Source: Octopus bimaculoides
Taxonomy: Eukaryota
Assembly: GCF_001194135.2 (NCBI RefSeq)
Contig: NC_068996.1
Coordinates: forward strand, 9,263,273 to 9,327,272
Length of the DNA: 64,000 nt
Direction of reading: 5' to 3'
Shown: positions 38,342 through 52,049 of the stretch, one piece after another
How positions within the stretch are numbered: the first letter of the stretch is position 1
How the letters are laid out: the number at the start of each line of letters is the position of its first letter
The notes under the pieces: generated by a model
What the model was told of the DNA's origin: nothing
Database searches by the model: none
Seen by the model: the letters and a program-made list of their open reading frames with translations, nothing else
Program-made: the position numbers and the translations under genes

Positions 38342-39854
38342 TTGTGGTATATAAATACAAACAAAGTGTGTGTGTGTGTACACATGTATTGTAAAGAAAT
38401 ACTGACATAGGTAGATATACTAGTATACATATGTGTGTATTTCAATAGTTGACTTGGTTTTATTTTCAACTGTCTCTCCATGCTAGCTGTAACACAGATG
38501 CACAAACGTATTAAATTCATTGTATGTGTGTGTGTGCATGTGTAAATTTCCTTGTACATGTTTGTGTACATATAAAAATGTGTGTGTAAATTTTGTGACA
38601 TGTGTATGTATGATTATATTCACACCACAACAAGAAACAAATTGAGAGACTAAGACATTCTTACTGGCTTTTCCTTTCTTCCACCTACAAGAAATTATGC
38701 AGAAGATAAATGGCTGCCATAGAACAAAATGGTTATTTCAGTAAATAATTAATTTTTAACTTAACTTCTTTCCCAAATTCATCATTACTCTATGTTAATT
38801 ATATTGTGTTTGTTTAGAGAGAGAGAGAGACGGACAGACCGACATACAGATAGTTGTATAGATGTCTTTTATCCTTTGTCTTATACATATTTCAGTCAGA
38901 GGACTGCAGTCATGCTGAGGCACTGCTCTTGAAGAATTTAGAACAAATCAACCCCCGGTACTTTTTTTTTTTTACATGTTTCTCTTACTGAACTGCTAAG
39001 TTATAGGGATGTAAACAAGCCAACACCAATTGTCAAGCGGTGGTTAGTGACAAACAAACACAAAAAGTACATACACACATACACATACACACGATGGGTT
39101 TTTTTCAGTTTCCATTTACCAAATCCACTCACAAGGCTTTGGTTGGCCCAAGGCTTTGGTCAGCCCAAGGCTGTAGTACAAGACATTTGTCCAAGGTGCC
39201 AACTCATTTTTCATAGTTGAAAAGCTATAAATAATAACATATAAAGAATGTGATACCATATCTTCTGAAAGAATTAATTGTGCGAGTATGTGTAATAGTT
39301 GAAAGTACATGTGTATATGAAAGAGAGAGGGGCACTGAAATTGATGGAGGTAGTGGTAATTCTTTGAGCGATATGAATATAGTATTGTAATAGTAGGTGT
39401 GCAGGTGTAGTATTGGCATAATGCAGTAGTATGATATCAACCTAATATGGCATAATGAGATGTATATGATATTGATTTAATAAGATGTACTACTAATGGG
39501 TATGAAGTCAGTGAGAGTTTTTAGCCGTGAAACAAGGTGTCATGTGGCTGGTTAGGTGGAAAAAGGTGGAAATGAATACAAGTATAGAGGTTTATCAGTG
39601 AAGGTGGTTAGAAGAAAATTAGCCAGTTATTTATACCCTGTGCAGTAACTGTTCCTTAGTGAAAAATTAACGAGTGTTTTTAACAGTGCTGGGAAATGGA
39701 AGCGCTGTAATGTTACAAGAAACCACAAACAGCAAGATGAAGTAGCGAGTGCCTGGAATAACTGAAGTGCAGCAGGCAATGGTTGTAAGTGTTCCATTGT
39801 TAGTCTTTCAGATATCCAACGAATGCTCTCTAAAACAATTGGCTAACCTCTAAA

Positions 39855-40063
39855 CCACAAAGTTCACATTTAAACTGTCTACATCTGGTCCAAATGTTGT
39901 TCCTATTTTGTGTTGAAACCCACCAGATCCAGCCTCCCACACCTACCCTTAAATGTCATTCTAAAAATTAACAACCACGTCATCAACATCTCAAAGCCAT
40001 GAAATAATGTGTAAAGGAATAAACATTATATTTGACTGAGTCGTCTGAATATGATAGGGTTAA
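39855..40063 (+). mobile_element. MITE family 1, diverged
   Basis: Internal ccagatccagcctcccacacctacc...gtcattctaaaaa; right end atagggttaa. Confidence 0.7.
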
Positions 40064-41742
40064 TGCAGTACATGTTATAAAAGAGTTACTTTATAAATTT
40101 TCTCATTTTGAGTTTTTCAGTTGCTCTTTTTTTTTATATTTTTGTTTTTATTTATTTTGAGAATTGTACCTAGCCTAGAAAATTTATGGGTCTAGTATTT
40201 TAATGGATCTCTGTTAGTGTATGAGATGTTCTGATTTTACTTTTCAATGTAAAATAGTTTTGTCATCTATAGAACATTCATGTGTGTGATTTTCCTAGCA
40301 GACTTACCAATACAACGTGAACCTATTCTTTTGGCGAAGAACTTGACTCTGGAAAATAAATTCCAGGTTTTAAGAGGGGAGAAATTTATTCCTGGTTTTA
40401 TGGAGGGAAACTAGGCTCTAGGTTTTACTTGTGAAGGACTAGTATTCTGTATTGGGGAAGATCTATTTCTATTCCTATTTCTTTTATTAATTGGTTTGTG
40501 CTTGTTTTCATAATCATTTGAATTGACAGCAGTGTATTACTGGTAGAGGTTTGCTGTTAATTGAGCTAATAACATCAATCAACTGAGTAGTCAGCAGTGG
40601 AGCACTGAGTCCATGAAATGTAATGCTTGGGAACTCAGTACATCTAACTATAGTTGAACCCTGAACACTTAATTACTGTAAGGAGCAGGATGTCTGTTTA
40701 ATTAATGAGCATTTCCTTAGTTTGCAGTACTGAGTTGGAATTGCCATTTCTCTGTGAGTGAGGCATCAGGTTGGATGATCTCAATCTAGTTGATAGATTT
40801 GGTCTACATTTAGATACGCAGAAGCTGCTGACGTCATCATGAAGCAATCCTGTGAGGAATAGAATGCAATGTAGAATCTTTTTTTCTTCTGTAAGTGACT
40901 TTAGGGGAACTCTAAATGGTGGAGAGAGGCAAATTAAAGTAACGTACCTAATCTGGGTTTGTGTTCTGTTGCTTTGGCCAAAATTGTGAGTAATAAAAGT
41001 TGTATTTGTGGATTCAGTCTGAATAAAAATATTGTCAGTGGTAATAATATGTCATTAGAGCAGACCTGCTATTGGTATACATAAAGGAAGAAAAAAAAAA
41101 TAACAATAATAATAAAGCATTTTAATAAGCTCTGCAGATCAATGTAACTTGGGTTTTTTTATGTTCTGTTATAAAATCATTGTTAGAAAAACTGGCAGGT
41201 TGTTGTTACTAAGTGTGGTTTTAATGTTCAACAGCTGGCCTCACAGAAGTAAAATGTTCAACAGCTTGAAAAGCTGTTTTTTTTTTCCACCCCACCCTGC
41301 ACTAAGCTTGTCTGGGTGGGGAGGTTGGCCGTACTAAGTATCAATTACACTGTAACATATGATATTAAATGCCACACTCTGTGTGTGCGTATGTGTGTCT
41401 TTCTCTCCCTCCCTCTTTATAAAGTATATAAGAGTTGAATACTTTATCAGGTAACTTTTTTTTCTTTCATTTTTTAACGAACGTTTTTCTTTGAACATAT
41501 TTTTAAGAATAGAGAGCTTTAGTTATTTTCATATACTTTTTTTTTTTTCTGAATAATTAAGAACTTCAAAGTGTCATAGAGTTAGTACACTTTTTCTTTT
41601 CATGCTAATTGAGCTGGTGTTTGGAGTGGAACTTAAGGAAAGGTTCTGATACTATGAAAGAGCATTTTTATGCCTTTCGTTACATTGTCATTTATGTAAT
41701 TTGAGTTGATTCCTTACTTTTTCTGATTGCTTAAATACAAGA

Positions 41743-41877
41743 GGCTCCAATCTAATCTGGCAGAGTTTCTACCAGATCAGATTGGAACCTGGTGCAGCCA
41801 TCTGGTTCGCCAGTCCTCAGTCAAATCGTCCAACCCATGCTAGCATGAAAGGCGGATGTTAAATGATGATGATGAAG
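41743..41877 (+). mobile_element. RTE tail with inverted 5' segment
   Basis: 41743-41771 is the reverse complement of tail sequence; the forward tail resumes at 41772. Confidence 0.8.
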
Positions 41878-42385
41878 AGCAAGAAAAAGTGCATTCAAAT
41901 TCCACTGAGGTCAACTTTGCCTTCTATCTTTTCAGGGTCGATTAAATAAGTACCGGTTGAGCACTGGGGTCACTGTCATCAACAGTCTCCCCCCTCATAA
42001 AATTGTAGCCCTTGTGCCTATAACAGAAAGGACTAATTAAGCTGGTGTTTGAAATGAAAATTAACATAAAATTTGGGTGGAGGATTTTAGTTTAGTTCAC
42101 TTTATGCATGGAATTTGTATCTTAGAACTAGAGAAAGTCTTAAGTGGGTTGATAGCAAAAGGGTTAAATTTTTCATCATCATCATCATTATCCAAGCTAG
42201 CACGGATCAGATAAGATTTCTTGAGCCATTCTTCTACAGTCCGGTACCTTTCCTGTCACCAACATTTATTAGTAAGCAGGATACTTTGTTCTACTGATCT
42301 TTGGGCACCTGACCACCAAACTGTTGAACATAAAACAAATGATGCCACTAAGCGGAAGCACACAATGCCTGTGCAGAAGCACACA

Positions 42386-42463
42386 CAGACAAATGTACTC
42401 TCACGCACATACAGACAAATGTACTCTCACGCACATACAGACAAATGTACTCTCACGCACATA
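42386..42463. repeat. 26-bp tandem repeat x3
   Basis: cagacaaatgtactctcacgcacata. Confidence 0.92.
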
Positions 42464-45240
42464 CACATGCACTCACAAATACACATAAAAGGCATCCATG
42501 CTGGTTCCATCCACCAAATTCCACTGAAGAGGCATTGAACAATAGTAAAAGACACTTGCCTAAGGTGCCATGCCATTGGGATTGAACCCTAAAACCACAT
42601 GAAACAAAGCAAACTTCTTAACCACACAGCTATGTTTGTGCCTATGTAACAATGCATATATATATGTATATATATATATAGCAATTCATTCACACTGATC
42701 TGTTGAGAATTCCTCACAGTAAATCAAGTCCAAATTCAAAGAAAAATATGGGTAAAAGCCAAAACTGTATTTATTACAAAAAAGAAATCTTATTGGAAAT
42801 ATGATTGCAACATACAGAGTGGCACATAAAAGCATCCAGCTGTAGAAACTCTGCCAGATCAGATTGGAGCCTGGTGTAGCTTTCTGGCTTGCCAGTCCTC
42901 AGTCAAATCATCCAACCCATGCTAGCATGGAAAGCAGACATTAAACGATGATGATGATGATATATATATATATATATACAAATATTTATTCATGTAAATA
43001 TATATATATGTACATACATATCTTTTACTTGTTTCTGTCATTAGACTGTGGCCATGCTGAGGCACCACCTTGAAGAATTTTCAGTTGAATGAATCGATCC
43101 CGGTACTTATTTATCTTCTTTTTTAAGTCTAGCACTTATTTTATCGGGCTATTTTGTCGAACCACTAAGTTATGAGGACATAATCACACCAACGCTACCT
43201 GTCAAGCAATGGTAAGGAACAAACACAGATACAAAGACATCCACACGTAGATGCATATATACAATGGGCTTCTTACAGTTTTCCATCTTACAAATCTACA
43301 TGCATAAAATCAGTACCAGTTGAGTACTGGGTCAATGTAATCGATTTAGTCCCTCCCCGAAAAATTGCTGACTTTGTGCCAAAATTTGAAATCACTATAC
43401 AAAGATTTTTGGCAACAGCCATAGAATGGTGATCTTAGCCCTGAAAAGTCGTCAAGGCATGCATTTTTGCTCCCGGCTGCAGCAATTTCACTTCACTTCC
43501 TTCCATGTTTTTACCTCTTAACAGAATAGCTATAACCTTCAAACAGTCTTTTCCTTGCTTTCTTCATCCTCATCGTCTTCGTCATCCTTTCTCCATTTAC
43601 CATGTTGACATGGGTTGGATTTCCTTTATAAATTTTAAATTTCAAGCTTGAGCTTGTGTTAGAAATTTATTCCTCTTCATCTCTTTCTCTCCCTCTCTTT
43701 CTCAATCTCTCTCTATATATATATTTATCTTTCTCTTTTCTTCTCTCTGTCTCTCTCATGCCTTCTCTCTCTCCATCTTTCTCTTTCTTTCATTCCATCT
43801 CTTGTGCCCACTCCCGCTATCTCTCTCTCTCTCTCTCTCTCATACCATCTCTCTCTCACTCCATATCTCACTCTTTCCCATACCAACTCTTGTGCCCCCC
43901 CCCCACTCTCTCTCTTTCGTTTCCTTTTGAGAAAGAACAACCCTTCTCACTTTGCTAGCTGCCTTCATAATATAGCACTCATTTCTAGCATTTCAAAAGC
44001 TGGAAAGGACAACAAGCATTGATAACAATCTTCTCCCACCTCCTTAATAACTACATGATATCTCTCAGGGTGGCTTTTGTAAAAAAAAAACAAAGAAAAA
44101 AAGCCCCATCTGCTGGAGACTTGTGTCAGTCTGTATCAGAAACAAACTCTCCTATATTAATAATGCCCTGAAGGAAACACAGTATTTTGTTATACAACCA
44201 TACAACAAAGTATATTAAACATTAATACTGTGTTCCACTGTTAAGCATTTTATATATTTTGTAGCATATAATGGTTGCATAACAAAATATGATGTCTCTA
44301 CAACTCATTAACATTTACATACCAGCTTCCAGGAATGTGTGTTTAATATGTAAATTGGCAAATCCAATAATGTTATTTTGCTGTATTTAATGGCTATTTA
44401 AGCAGTGAATTCACGGATGATTAATGGGGTGGATGGGTGCTGATGAAGGAGGCAAAAACTCCTGAAATATGGCATAAGAAGCCCATTACCCATTTTTTTT
44501 TTCATCTTCGATCCGCATTGTTGTTTAACATCTGATATCTCGGATATGAGACATTGTTAACAAAATCAGTGCTGGCTGTAATTTCTATAAAGAATCCTGT
44601 GTAGATGACCTTAACGAGTGAAACTCTCTTGTGTCACTCGTGAAACATAGTGAACAGTTTTATTGGTCTTCTCGTCAGCGAATCATTCAACTATATCTGC
44701 CATTTAATGTGGCACAAGGCCCTGACATTTGGGAGGGCAGAATATAATCAATAATACATTGGAAGGATGAGATAGCTATGATAAATATAGTGATTCTTAT
44801 TTTGGCACAAGGCCAGCAATTTTAAGGAAGGGGGAAGTCGATTACATTGACCCTATTGCTCAGCTGGTATTTATTTTATTGACCCCCCCCCCACCAAATG
44901 GATGAAATGCAAATTCAACCTCAGCGGAATTTGAACTTAGAGTGTTAAGAGCTGGAAGTAATGCCAACTAAGCATTTTGCCCAGCACGATAATAATTCTT
45001 ACAGCTCACTGCCTTAATAAGGATGATAATACTCTTGTGTGTTTCTCCATCACAACATATGAATGAGAAAGGAAGGGGTGATATCAAATTGGAAGTGGGA
45101 TGGTGAACATTCAGTGCTGAAAAGAAAAATCAAACAGCGTTTCAACTGTGTGTGTATGTATGTGTGCAAGGGAAGTATGTGAATGTTTGTATGTGTGATT
45201 ATTATGTACCTTGTTTATATATAAAATACTACAATTAGTC

Positions 45241-45577
45241 GTGAAGGCACATGGCTCAGTGGTTAGAGCGTCAAGCTTACAATCGTGATGTTAGTTTGAA
45301 TCCCAGACTGGGCTGTATGTTGTGTTCTTGAGCAAGACACTTTATTTCACGTTGCTCCAGTTCACTCAGCTGTAGAAATGAGTTGCGACGTCACAGGTGC
45401 CAAGCTATATCGGCCCCTTTGCTTTCCTTTGGATAACATTGGTGGTGTGGAGAGGGGAGGCTGGTATGCATGGGCGACTGCTGGTCTTCCATAAACAACC
45501 TTGCCCAGACTTGTGCCTAGGAGGGTAACTTTCTGGGTGCAATCCCATGGTCAGTCATGAGTGAAGGGGGTCTCAGC
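45241..45577 (+). mobile_element. SINE family C (tRNA-like head, CORE-like block), full length, 11-bp TSD
   Basis: TSD actacaattag at 45228-45238 and 45578-45588. A-box is tggctcagtgg. The core reads gtgttcttgagcaagacactttatttcacgttgctccagttcactcagctgtagaaatgag. Confidence 0.85.
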
Positions 45578-45737
45578 ACTACAATTAGCCATCATTTTTG
45601 ACGGCATAGGGCCAGCTAGTGATCATGATGAAAGTGATGGTGACAATAATAAGCCTTTCTACTATTGTGAGGAGGGGCTAAATTGATTGCATCGACCCAA
45701 GTGCTCAATTGGTATTTATTTCATTAATCCCAATAGG

Positions 45738-45968
45738 ATGCGCTTGACTCAGTGGTTAGGGTGTTGGACTCATGATTGTAGTTTCAATTCCTGGACCGGA
45801 CGTTATGTTGCGTTCTTGAGCAAAACACTTCACTTCACATTGCTCCAGTTGACTCAGCTGATAAAAATGAGTAATCTTGCAACCAGATGGTGTCCTGTGC
45901 AAGAATGGAATATTTACACCACAGAAACCAGGAAACCATCCTTATAGGTCTATATCTATATGACTTGG
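45738..45968 (+). mobile_element. tRNA/CORE-like SINE with another 3' half, inserted in an antisense family B copy
   Basis: Head gactcagtggttagggtg...ttcaattcctgg. Family B sequence flanks it on both sides (about 45650-45737 and 45970-46080). Confidence 0.65.
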
Positions 45969-46303
45969 AAATGAGCTTTATCTTATCCTAATCCCAAAAG
46001 GATAAAAGACAGTGTCAACCTCAGCAGGATTTGAACTCAGAACATATAGGCATGCTAACAATCCTACCAGTTTGCTGTTTTGTAATAGTTTCAAATTTGG
46101 CACAAGGCTAGCAGTTACAACTAGAAGGGATTACCCAGTTACGTCAATTCCTAGTGTTCAACTGGTATGTATTTCATAAAGCACAGAGGGATGGAAAGCT
46201 AGGTTTACCGCAGTGGAATTTGAACTCAGAATGTAAAGATCCTGAAGAAATGCAGCCTAAGCGGTTTGTCTAATTCGCCAATGATTCTACCAGCTCACTG
46301 CCT

Positions 46304-46332
46304 TACTAATAATAGTAATAATAATAATAATG

Positions 46333-46386
<54 letters not shown>
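46304..46386. repeat. (AAT)n microsatellite
   Basis: Direct reading. Confidence 0.95.
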
Positions 46387-49031
46387 GTCTTGTGCTATAA
46401 ATATACAGTGCGTGGAATCTAAAGAATGTGGGAATCAATGACAACTCTGAGAATGCTTTTGGCAACCAAAGTGCTAGCACTGTTTATTAGTAGCAAGTTG
46501 TTCCTACTCTGCTAAGTGAACTAGGCTGCTGTTAAAGACTGAATGCTGTGACCAAAATTTTATTAGCAAGTTTAAATCTAAATTTATTTGTTTATTTATT
46601 TATTCATTCTTCAATCTTTTTAAGACCATTCTGCAAGACTTACCTCTTTTTCATGGACTTTCCAATACAGATCTTTTAGTACTGGTCTGTCTGTCTGTCT
46701 CTCTCTCTCTCCCCCCCCNNNNNNNNNNNNNNNNNNNNNNNNNNNNNNNNNNNNNNNNNNNNNNNNNNNNNNNNNNNNNNNNNNNNNNNNNNNNNNNNNN
46801 NNNNNNNNNNNNNNNNNNNNNNNNNNNNNNNNNNNNNNNNNNNNNNNNNNNNNNNNNNNNNNNNNNNNNNNNNNNNNNNNNNNNNNNNNNNNNNNNNNNN
46901 NNNNNNNNNNNNNNNNNNNNNNNNNNNNNNNNNNNNNNNNNNNNNNNNNNNNNNNNNNNNNNNNNNNNNNNNNNNNNNNNNNNNNNNNNNNNNNNNNNNN
47001 NNNNNNNNNNNNNNNNNNNNNNNNNNNNNNNNNNNNNNNNNNNNNNNNNNNNNNNNNNNNNNNNNNNNNNNNNNNNNNNNNNNNNNNNNNNNNNNNNNNN
47101 NNNNNNNNNNNNNNNNNNNNNNNNNNNNNNNNNNNNNNNNNNNNNNNNNNNNNNNNNNNNNNNNNNNNNNNNNNNNNNNNNNNNNNNNNNNNNNNNNNNN
47201 NNNNNNNNNNNNNNNNNNNNNNNNNNNNNNNNNNNNNNNNNNNNNNNNNNNNNNNNNNNNNNNNNNNNNNNNNNNNNNNNNNNNNNNNNNNNNNNNNNNN
47301 NNNNNNNNNNNNNNNNNNNNNNNNNNNNNNNNNNNNNNNNNNNNNNNNNNNNNNNNNNNNNNNNNNNNNNNNNNNNNNNNNNNNNNNNNNNNNNNNNNNN
47401 NNNNNNNNNNNNNNNNNNNNNNNNNNNNNNNNNNNNNNNNNNNNNNNNNNNNNNNNNNNNNNNNNNNNNNNNNNNNNNNNNNNNNNNNNNNNNNNCAGTA
47501 CACTCTTAAAGTGGCTGGCATTAGGAGGGACATCCAGCTGTAAAAACTATGTTAAAGCTGACGTTGGCGGGGAGGGGGCTTGTCAGACAGAATGCTGCAG
47601 CTCATTGGATTGTGCCAAGCTATCCAACTCATGGCTGCAGTATTCTTTAGAAATTGATAATTCATAGAGAAAAGACTATTTGCACCCCCCCCCCATACAC
47701 ACACACACACACACACAAACTTGTAAACAGGTGTATTTTAATGGTACAGAAGGGAAGGAAAAGTACTCAATGCTGACAGTAGAGAATAAATAATTTGGTC
47801 AGCTGGAACCAAACTGGCTGGAACTAGAAGTTTCAACCAACACTACTATGCCATGTTGAATCCAAATGCATGACTGAAGATATTGGCAGCACAGTGGTTG
47901 TTTTTGTTTTTGTTTTTTTTCTTTTGCAATTTCTTAGGTTTCAGTTAGTTTGGTCTTGGTTGAACAAATTAAGCATTGTGTGTGTGTGTGTGTGTAGGTG
48001 TGTCTGTCTGTCTGTAGTTTACAGGGTTGTGATTTGTAAGTATTTTTAATTACAAAAATAACTTTATGGACAGTTGAATTAAAGTGAGAACATACGCATG
48101 ACTGAAGAGTTGGTTTGAAGGCGTTTTATGTCTGTGCTGGAGTCTGAGTGCTGTCAAGTGAAAATATATTTATATTTCCAGTAATTTGCCTGCCAGTGGC
48201 CATGAAAAAAGAAAAGGAAAAAAAAGAAAAATACCCTCAACCCCATCACATTAGGTCTGCACACATTACATCACAAGTGGTCACTTCAAAATGAAGGGTT
48301 TCTTCTAAAGATAGGAGTGAACAAGTTCAGTTCTTGGCTCTCTTTTATTTTATTTTATTTTGTTTTTTAAGTGTCAGTACATTGGTACTTTATTTTTTTT
48401 TTTTTTCATGCCATAAGTAATTTATGCCAACACTTGAGGTTTTTGAAGCAGAGGGTTGAAGAGTGAGTAAAATTTGATATTCCATTGTTTGTGTTCTTTT
48501 GAAAGTAAAAAATAACCTAGAAACCTAGAAACCCAGAAATTTTTTTTTTTTTAAAGTTAAAAACAAAAATAAATAAATAAATAAATAAAAATGGTAAATA
48601 AAATTACTTCATCAATTTCATCTAAAGAAAAGTTATTATTAGCTTCAAGATTCAAGATAATTTTTAGATTTCATCTTAGTTTTGTGTTACATGTCTCAGA
48701 GTTCAAGTTCTGTATGAGGTGAGGAGAGGGCATGTCAGAGTTGACTTCTTATACTTTCACCAGGATTAACTTTTGTCTATAAACTCTTTTGAGTTATGCC
48801 CCCTTATTTGTTTTTAGATTTTTAAATATGTCTATGCAGGGTGCGGCAGGAGTGGAATGTCTACTCAATGCGTAGGTAATAACCTTAGCTGATTGATGTT
48901 GATGTTTTTTGCTTAACTATATTACGTATGTGAAATTTCACCATAGAAACGGTTTGGTGGTTGAGGTGTTTACCGGTTTTTCATCACACTATATACTTTT
49001 GATATCCTTACTGAAGGGAATTTCCAGGTGT

Positions 49032-49068
<37 letters not shown>

Positions 49069-49116
49069 ACACACTCCAGCTGTCAGAGCCTGAAGGAAGG
49101 CTTAATAAAGATTTAT

Positions 49117-49482
49117 TCTTTTGCTTGTTTCAGTCATTTGACTGTGGCCATGCTGGAGCACTGCCTTGAAAGATTTACAGTCGAAGAAATCAACCCCAGG
49201 ATTTATTCTTTGTAAGCCTAGTGCCGAACTGCTAAGTTACGGAGACCTAAACACACCAACATTGGTTGTCAAGCAATGGGGGAGGGGGACAGACACAGAC
49301 ACAAAGACACACATACACACATAAATATATATATATTTATATATATATGACAAAGCTTCTTTCAGTTTCCGTCCACCAAATCCACTCACAAAGCTTTGGT
49401 TGGCCTGAGGCTATAGTAAAAGACACTAGCCCAAGGTGCCACATAGTGGGACTGAACCGGGAACCATGTGGTTCCAGGTTCT
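49117..49482 (-). mobile_element. SINE family A
   Basis: Reverse complement of the full structure. Confidence 0.85.
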
Positions 49483-49557
49483 TACCATACATGTCTGGAA
49501 TGTGAAGCAAGTTAATCCTAAGACACAGTCTTTAGTCATGTGACAATACCATAGTGA

Positions 49558-49748
49558 TACAAGGGCAGTGCTAAAAAGTTCCAGGCTTTGGATAAAAGAA
49601 AATACAGGAGGGTCAATTAATTATGATTTTATTCCACACATTCCTCTCTCAGATTCACACCACTTATTGCAGTGGTCTTTCAGTTTTTGTAAGCTCTGTA
49701 AAAAAAAACTTGGAAGGTTGGGCCTCCAACTAGGCCTTTTGTGAAACC
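49558..49748 (-). mobile_element. mariner right end (TIR plus transposase C-terminus)
   Basis: TIR-like tacaagggcagtgctaaaaagttcc. Minus strand reads KA*LEAQPSKFF / LQKLKDHCNK / VNLREECVE*, matching the mariner WLxxQPxxFF..GIxKL..R..KC...GEYVE ending. Confidence 0.7.
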
Positions 49749-50924
49749 ACTTCATATACAACAGTAATGTTAGACCAAAAATTTAGTTTAATGAAGATCC
49801 CGGAAGTGAATTGAAAAATATTATTGTCAGGAATTTGGTACATGTGAATCCAAAGATAGTTTTCATTGATGTGACAGTACTAATGATAAGCATTATTATT
49901 AATACTAATTACACTAGTAATACTAGTTACACCTACCTACAGTTTAATGATGACCATGGAGGGAATTAACAGATGTTATTGTGAGGGATCTTGTACAAAG
50001 GAATTCAAACACACAGTCTTCAGTGCCTTGCTTGTGATAATAATAAAACTTCTGAACGAGCATCTTTAATTAGTAATTGAACTTACAATCAATCAGTTTT
50101 CCTCCTTTTCTACAAAACTGACCAAAGTTGATGAACTGGTGAGCTCTTTTTAATTACCACTTTTAATTAACACTGACAAAGCAGGGATGATTGTTTTGTA
50201 AATTTAGATGCAACACAGGTACTGTGAGATTAAGGTCCTGACTACTACTACTACTACTACTACTAATACTACCACCACCACCACCACCACCACCACCACC
50301 ACCGCACTAGTTGTAGAAGAGCTAAGTAGGGAACTTCTTCAAGGTCATTTCACCAGCTAGAAATAGCAGCCAAACTTCATGCTAATAATTGCACTATTTT
50401 CGAAAAATAGAAAACACATTGGTGAATTGTAATGTTATTATCAGTCCAAATATGTTTGATGCAAGTTCAAACTGGGGAACAACTTACTCACTGTGTATTG
50501 TCATGGGGAATATATCTCACTTGTTGACAAAGCATGAGAGAGTCAATCTTTTCAATCAGCTCATAGTGTCATCTGCCTATTACCAAAGAGGAGATAACTA
50601 CTCCGAAATGCTAGCATCTCACAGTCTAGGTAGGTGGCGCTGTGAACTGATCTAGTCACCAAGCGAGATGTATTCTTCATGACAAAACACAGTGAGTAGC
50701 TTGTTCCCCAGCTTTAAGCATATTCGGACTCATAATAACATTGCAATTTTACTTATCACTGATTAGCGCTCCCCCTCCATAACATTGGAGAATGTATTTT
50801 TGGTATATATTGACATCTGAATAAAGCAGCAGGATGGTAACCACAATATTCTATAAAAGCTGGTCCTGCTCCTCCCCCCACTGCCCAAAGAAAAATTCAA
50901 TGTAAAAAGAACCATTCGAGTGTG

Positions 50925-51256
50925 ATTGTTACCAGCGTTGCCTTATTGGCACATGGAAAACAACATTTGAGCGAGGTCATTGCCAGTGCCGCTGGACTGG
51001 CTCCTGTGCAGGTGGCACGTAAAAAACAGCATTTGAGCATGGCCATTGCCAGTACCGCGTGACTGGCCTTCGTGCTGGTGGCACATAAAAGCATCCACTA
51101 CACTCTCTGAGTGGTTGGCGTTAGGAAGGGCATCCAGCTGTAGAAACTCTGCCAGATCAGATTTGAGCCTGGTGCAGCCATCTGGTTCGCCAGTCTTCAG
51201 TCAAACTGTCCAACCCATGCTAGCATGGAAAGCAGACATTAAACGATGATGATGAT
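50925..51256 (+). mobile_element. RTE 3' UTR with tandem subunits plus tail
   Basis: Repeated gccagt...gactggc...gtgcNggtggcacgtaaaa units, then the standard tail. Confidence 0.85.
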
Positions 51257-52049
51257 ATTCAACTGCAGTTTGTTATGTGTCTCTAAGCAACATAGATGCT
51301 TATGATTAGCTCAACTTGCTTGATTGGTGACTGGGTTAACCATTCTTACTCAGCATGTGAATGAGTGATCCATGGCTCACAAGAGCACCCAGTCACTAAA
51401 ACTAAAAAGCAATTTTCTCTACAAGAACCTACCCCAGCCATACAAACATTGGGAAAATGGCCATAAAAATAGAGAAATTATGAATAAAAGAATTAACTAC
51501 TAATAGGTTTCCAATGTGAAATGGTTTCGGTCATTGTCAGAACCATAAATGAGGAGCAAGGACATGTTTAACTTTAAACTATAAGACTAATTTCTCCTCC
51601 TCCTCCTTTTGTTTCCTCTTCTCCTTCTTCCCCTCTTTTCCCCCACCTCTTCCTTCCTCTCACCTCCTACTTTCTGCTCATTTACCAGCTAGGAATGCTC
51701 TTTAATATAAATCCTTCAACCAAGAACTACAAGTGAAACCCCTATTTTTTGGCTCAGTAGACCAAATCAAAATGCTTGATCCAAGTTTGCCTAGCGAACC
51801 AGAATATAACAAATACAACTTTGCCATTTTGTTTTATGTAAATTGTCTAACAGAGAAAGAATTGCCCCAGGTGTGTGTGTGGATATATATATATGTATAT
51901 ATATATATATGTGTGTGTGGATATATATATATATATATACACTATACACACACACAAAATGACTCATCTGCTGAGTTTGATATATGCCATGCATGAAATT
52001 CAGCTCTTGAGTCACTTTGTAATTTTTGCCAATTAAAAGTAATAAAATA

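Noticed and set aside
40290-40900. Exon-like peptides (DLPIQREPILLAKNLTLENKFQ; YAEAADVIMKQS) and faint LINE-endonuclease-like words on the minus strand
   Set aside because: The readings are mutually exclusive, the donors are weak, and no motif is strong enough to call.
42386-42463. Possible CRISPR-like array
   Set aside because: The units are contiguous with no spacers, and the context is eukaryotic; it is a minisatellite.
45241-45315. tRNA gene (also the heads at 21810, 23396, 34262 and 55643)
   Set aside because: Only the A/B boxes are kept, there is no complete cloverleaf, and each continues into SINE body.
46642-46680. Minus-strand exon candidate LKDLYWKVHEKE with a gtaagt donor
   Set aside because: It has no polypyrimidine tract, abuts a microsatellite and gap, and its apparent partner exon at 6680 proved to be transposon.
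48834-48860. Tc1/mariner TIR-like starts (tatgcagggtgcggcag; also tattcagggtgtctg near 56294)
   Set aside because: No matching opposite TIR or transposase motif is visible.
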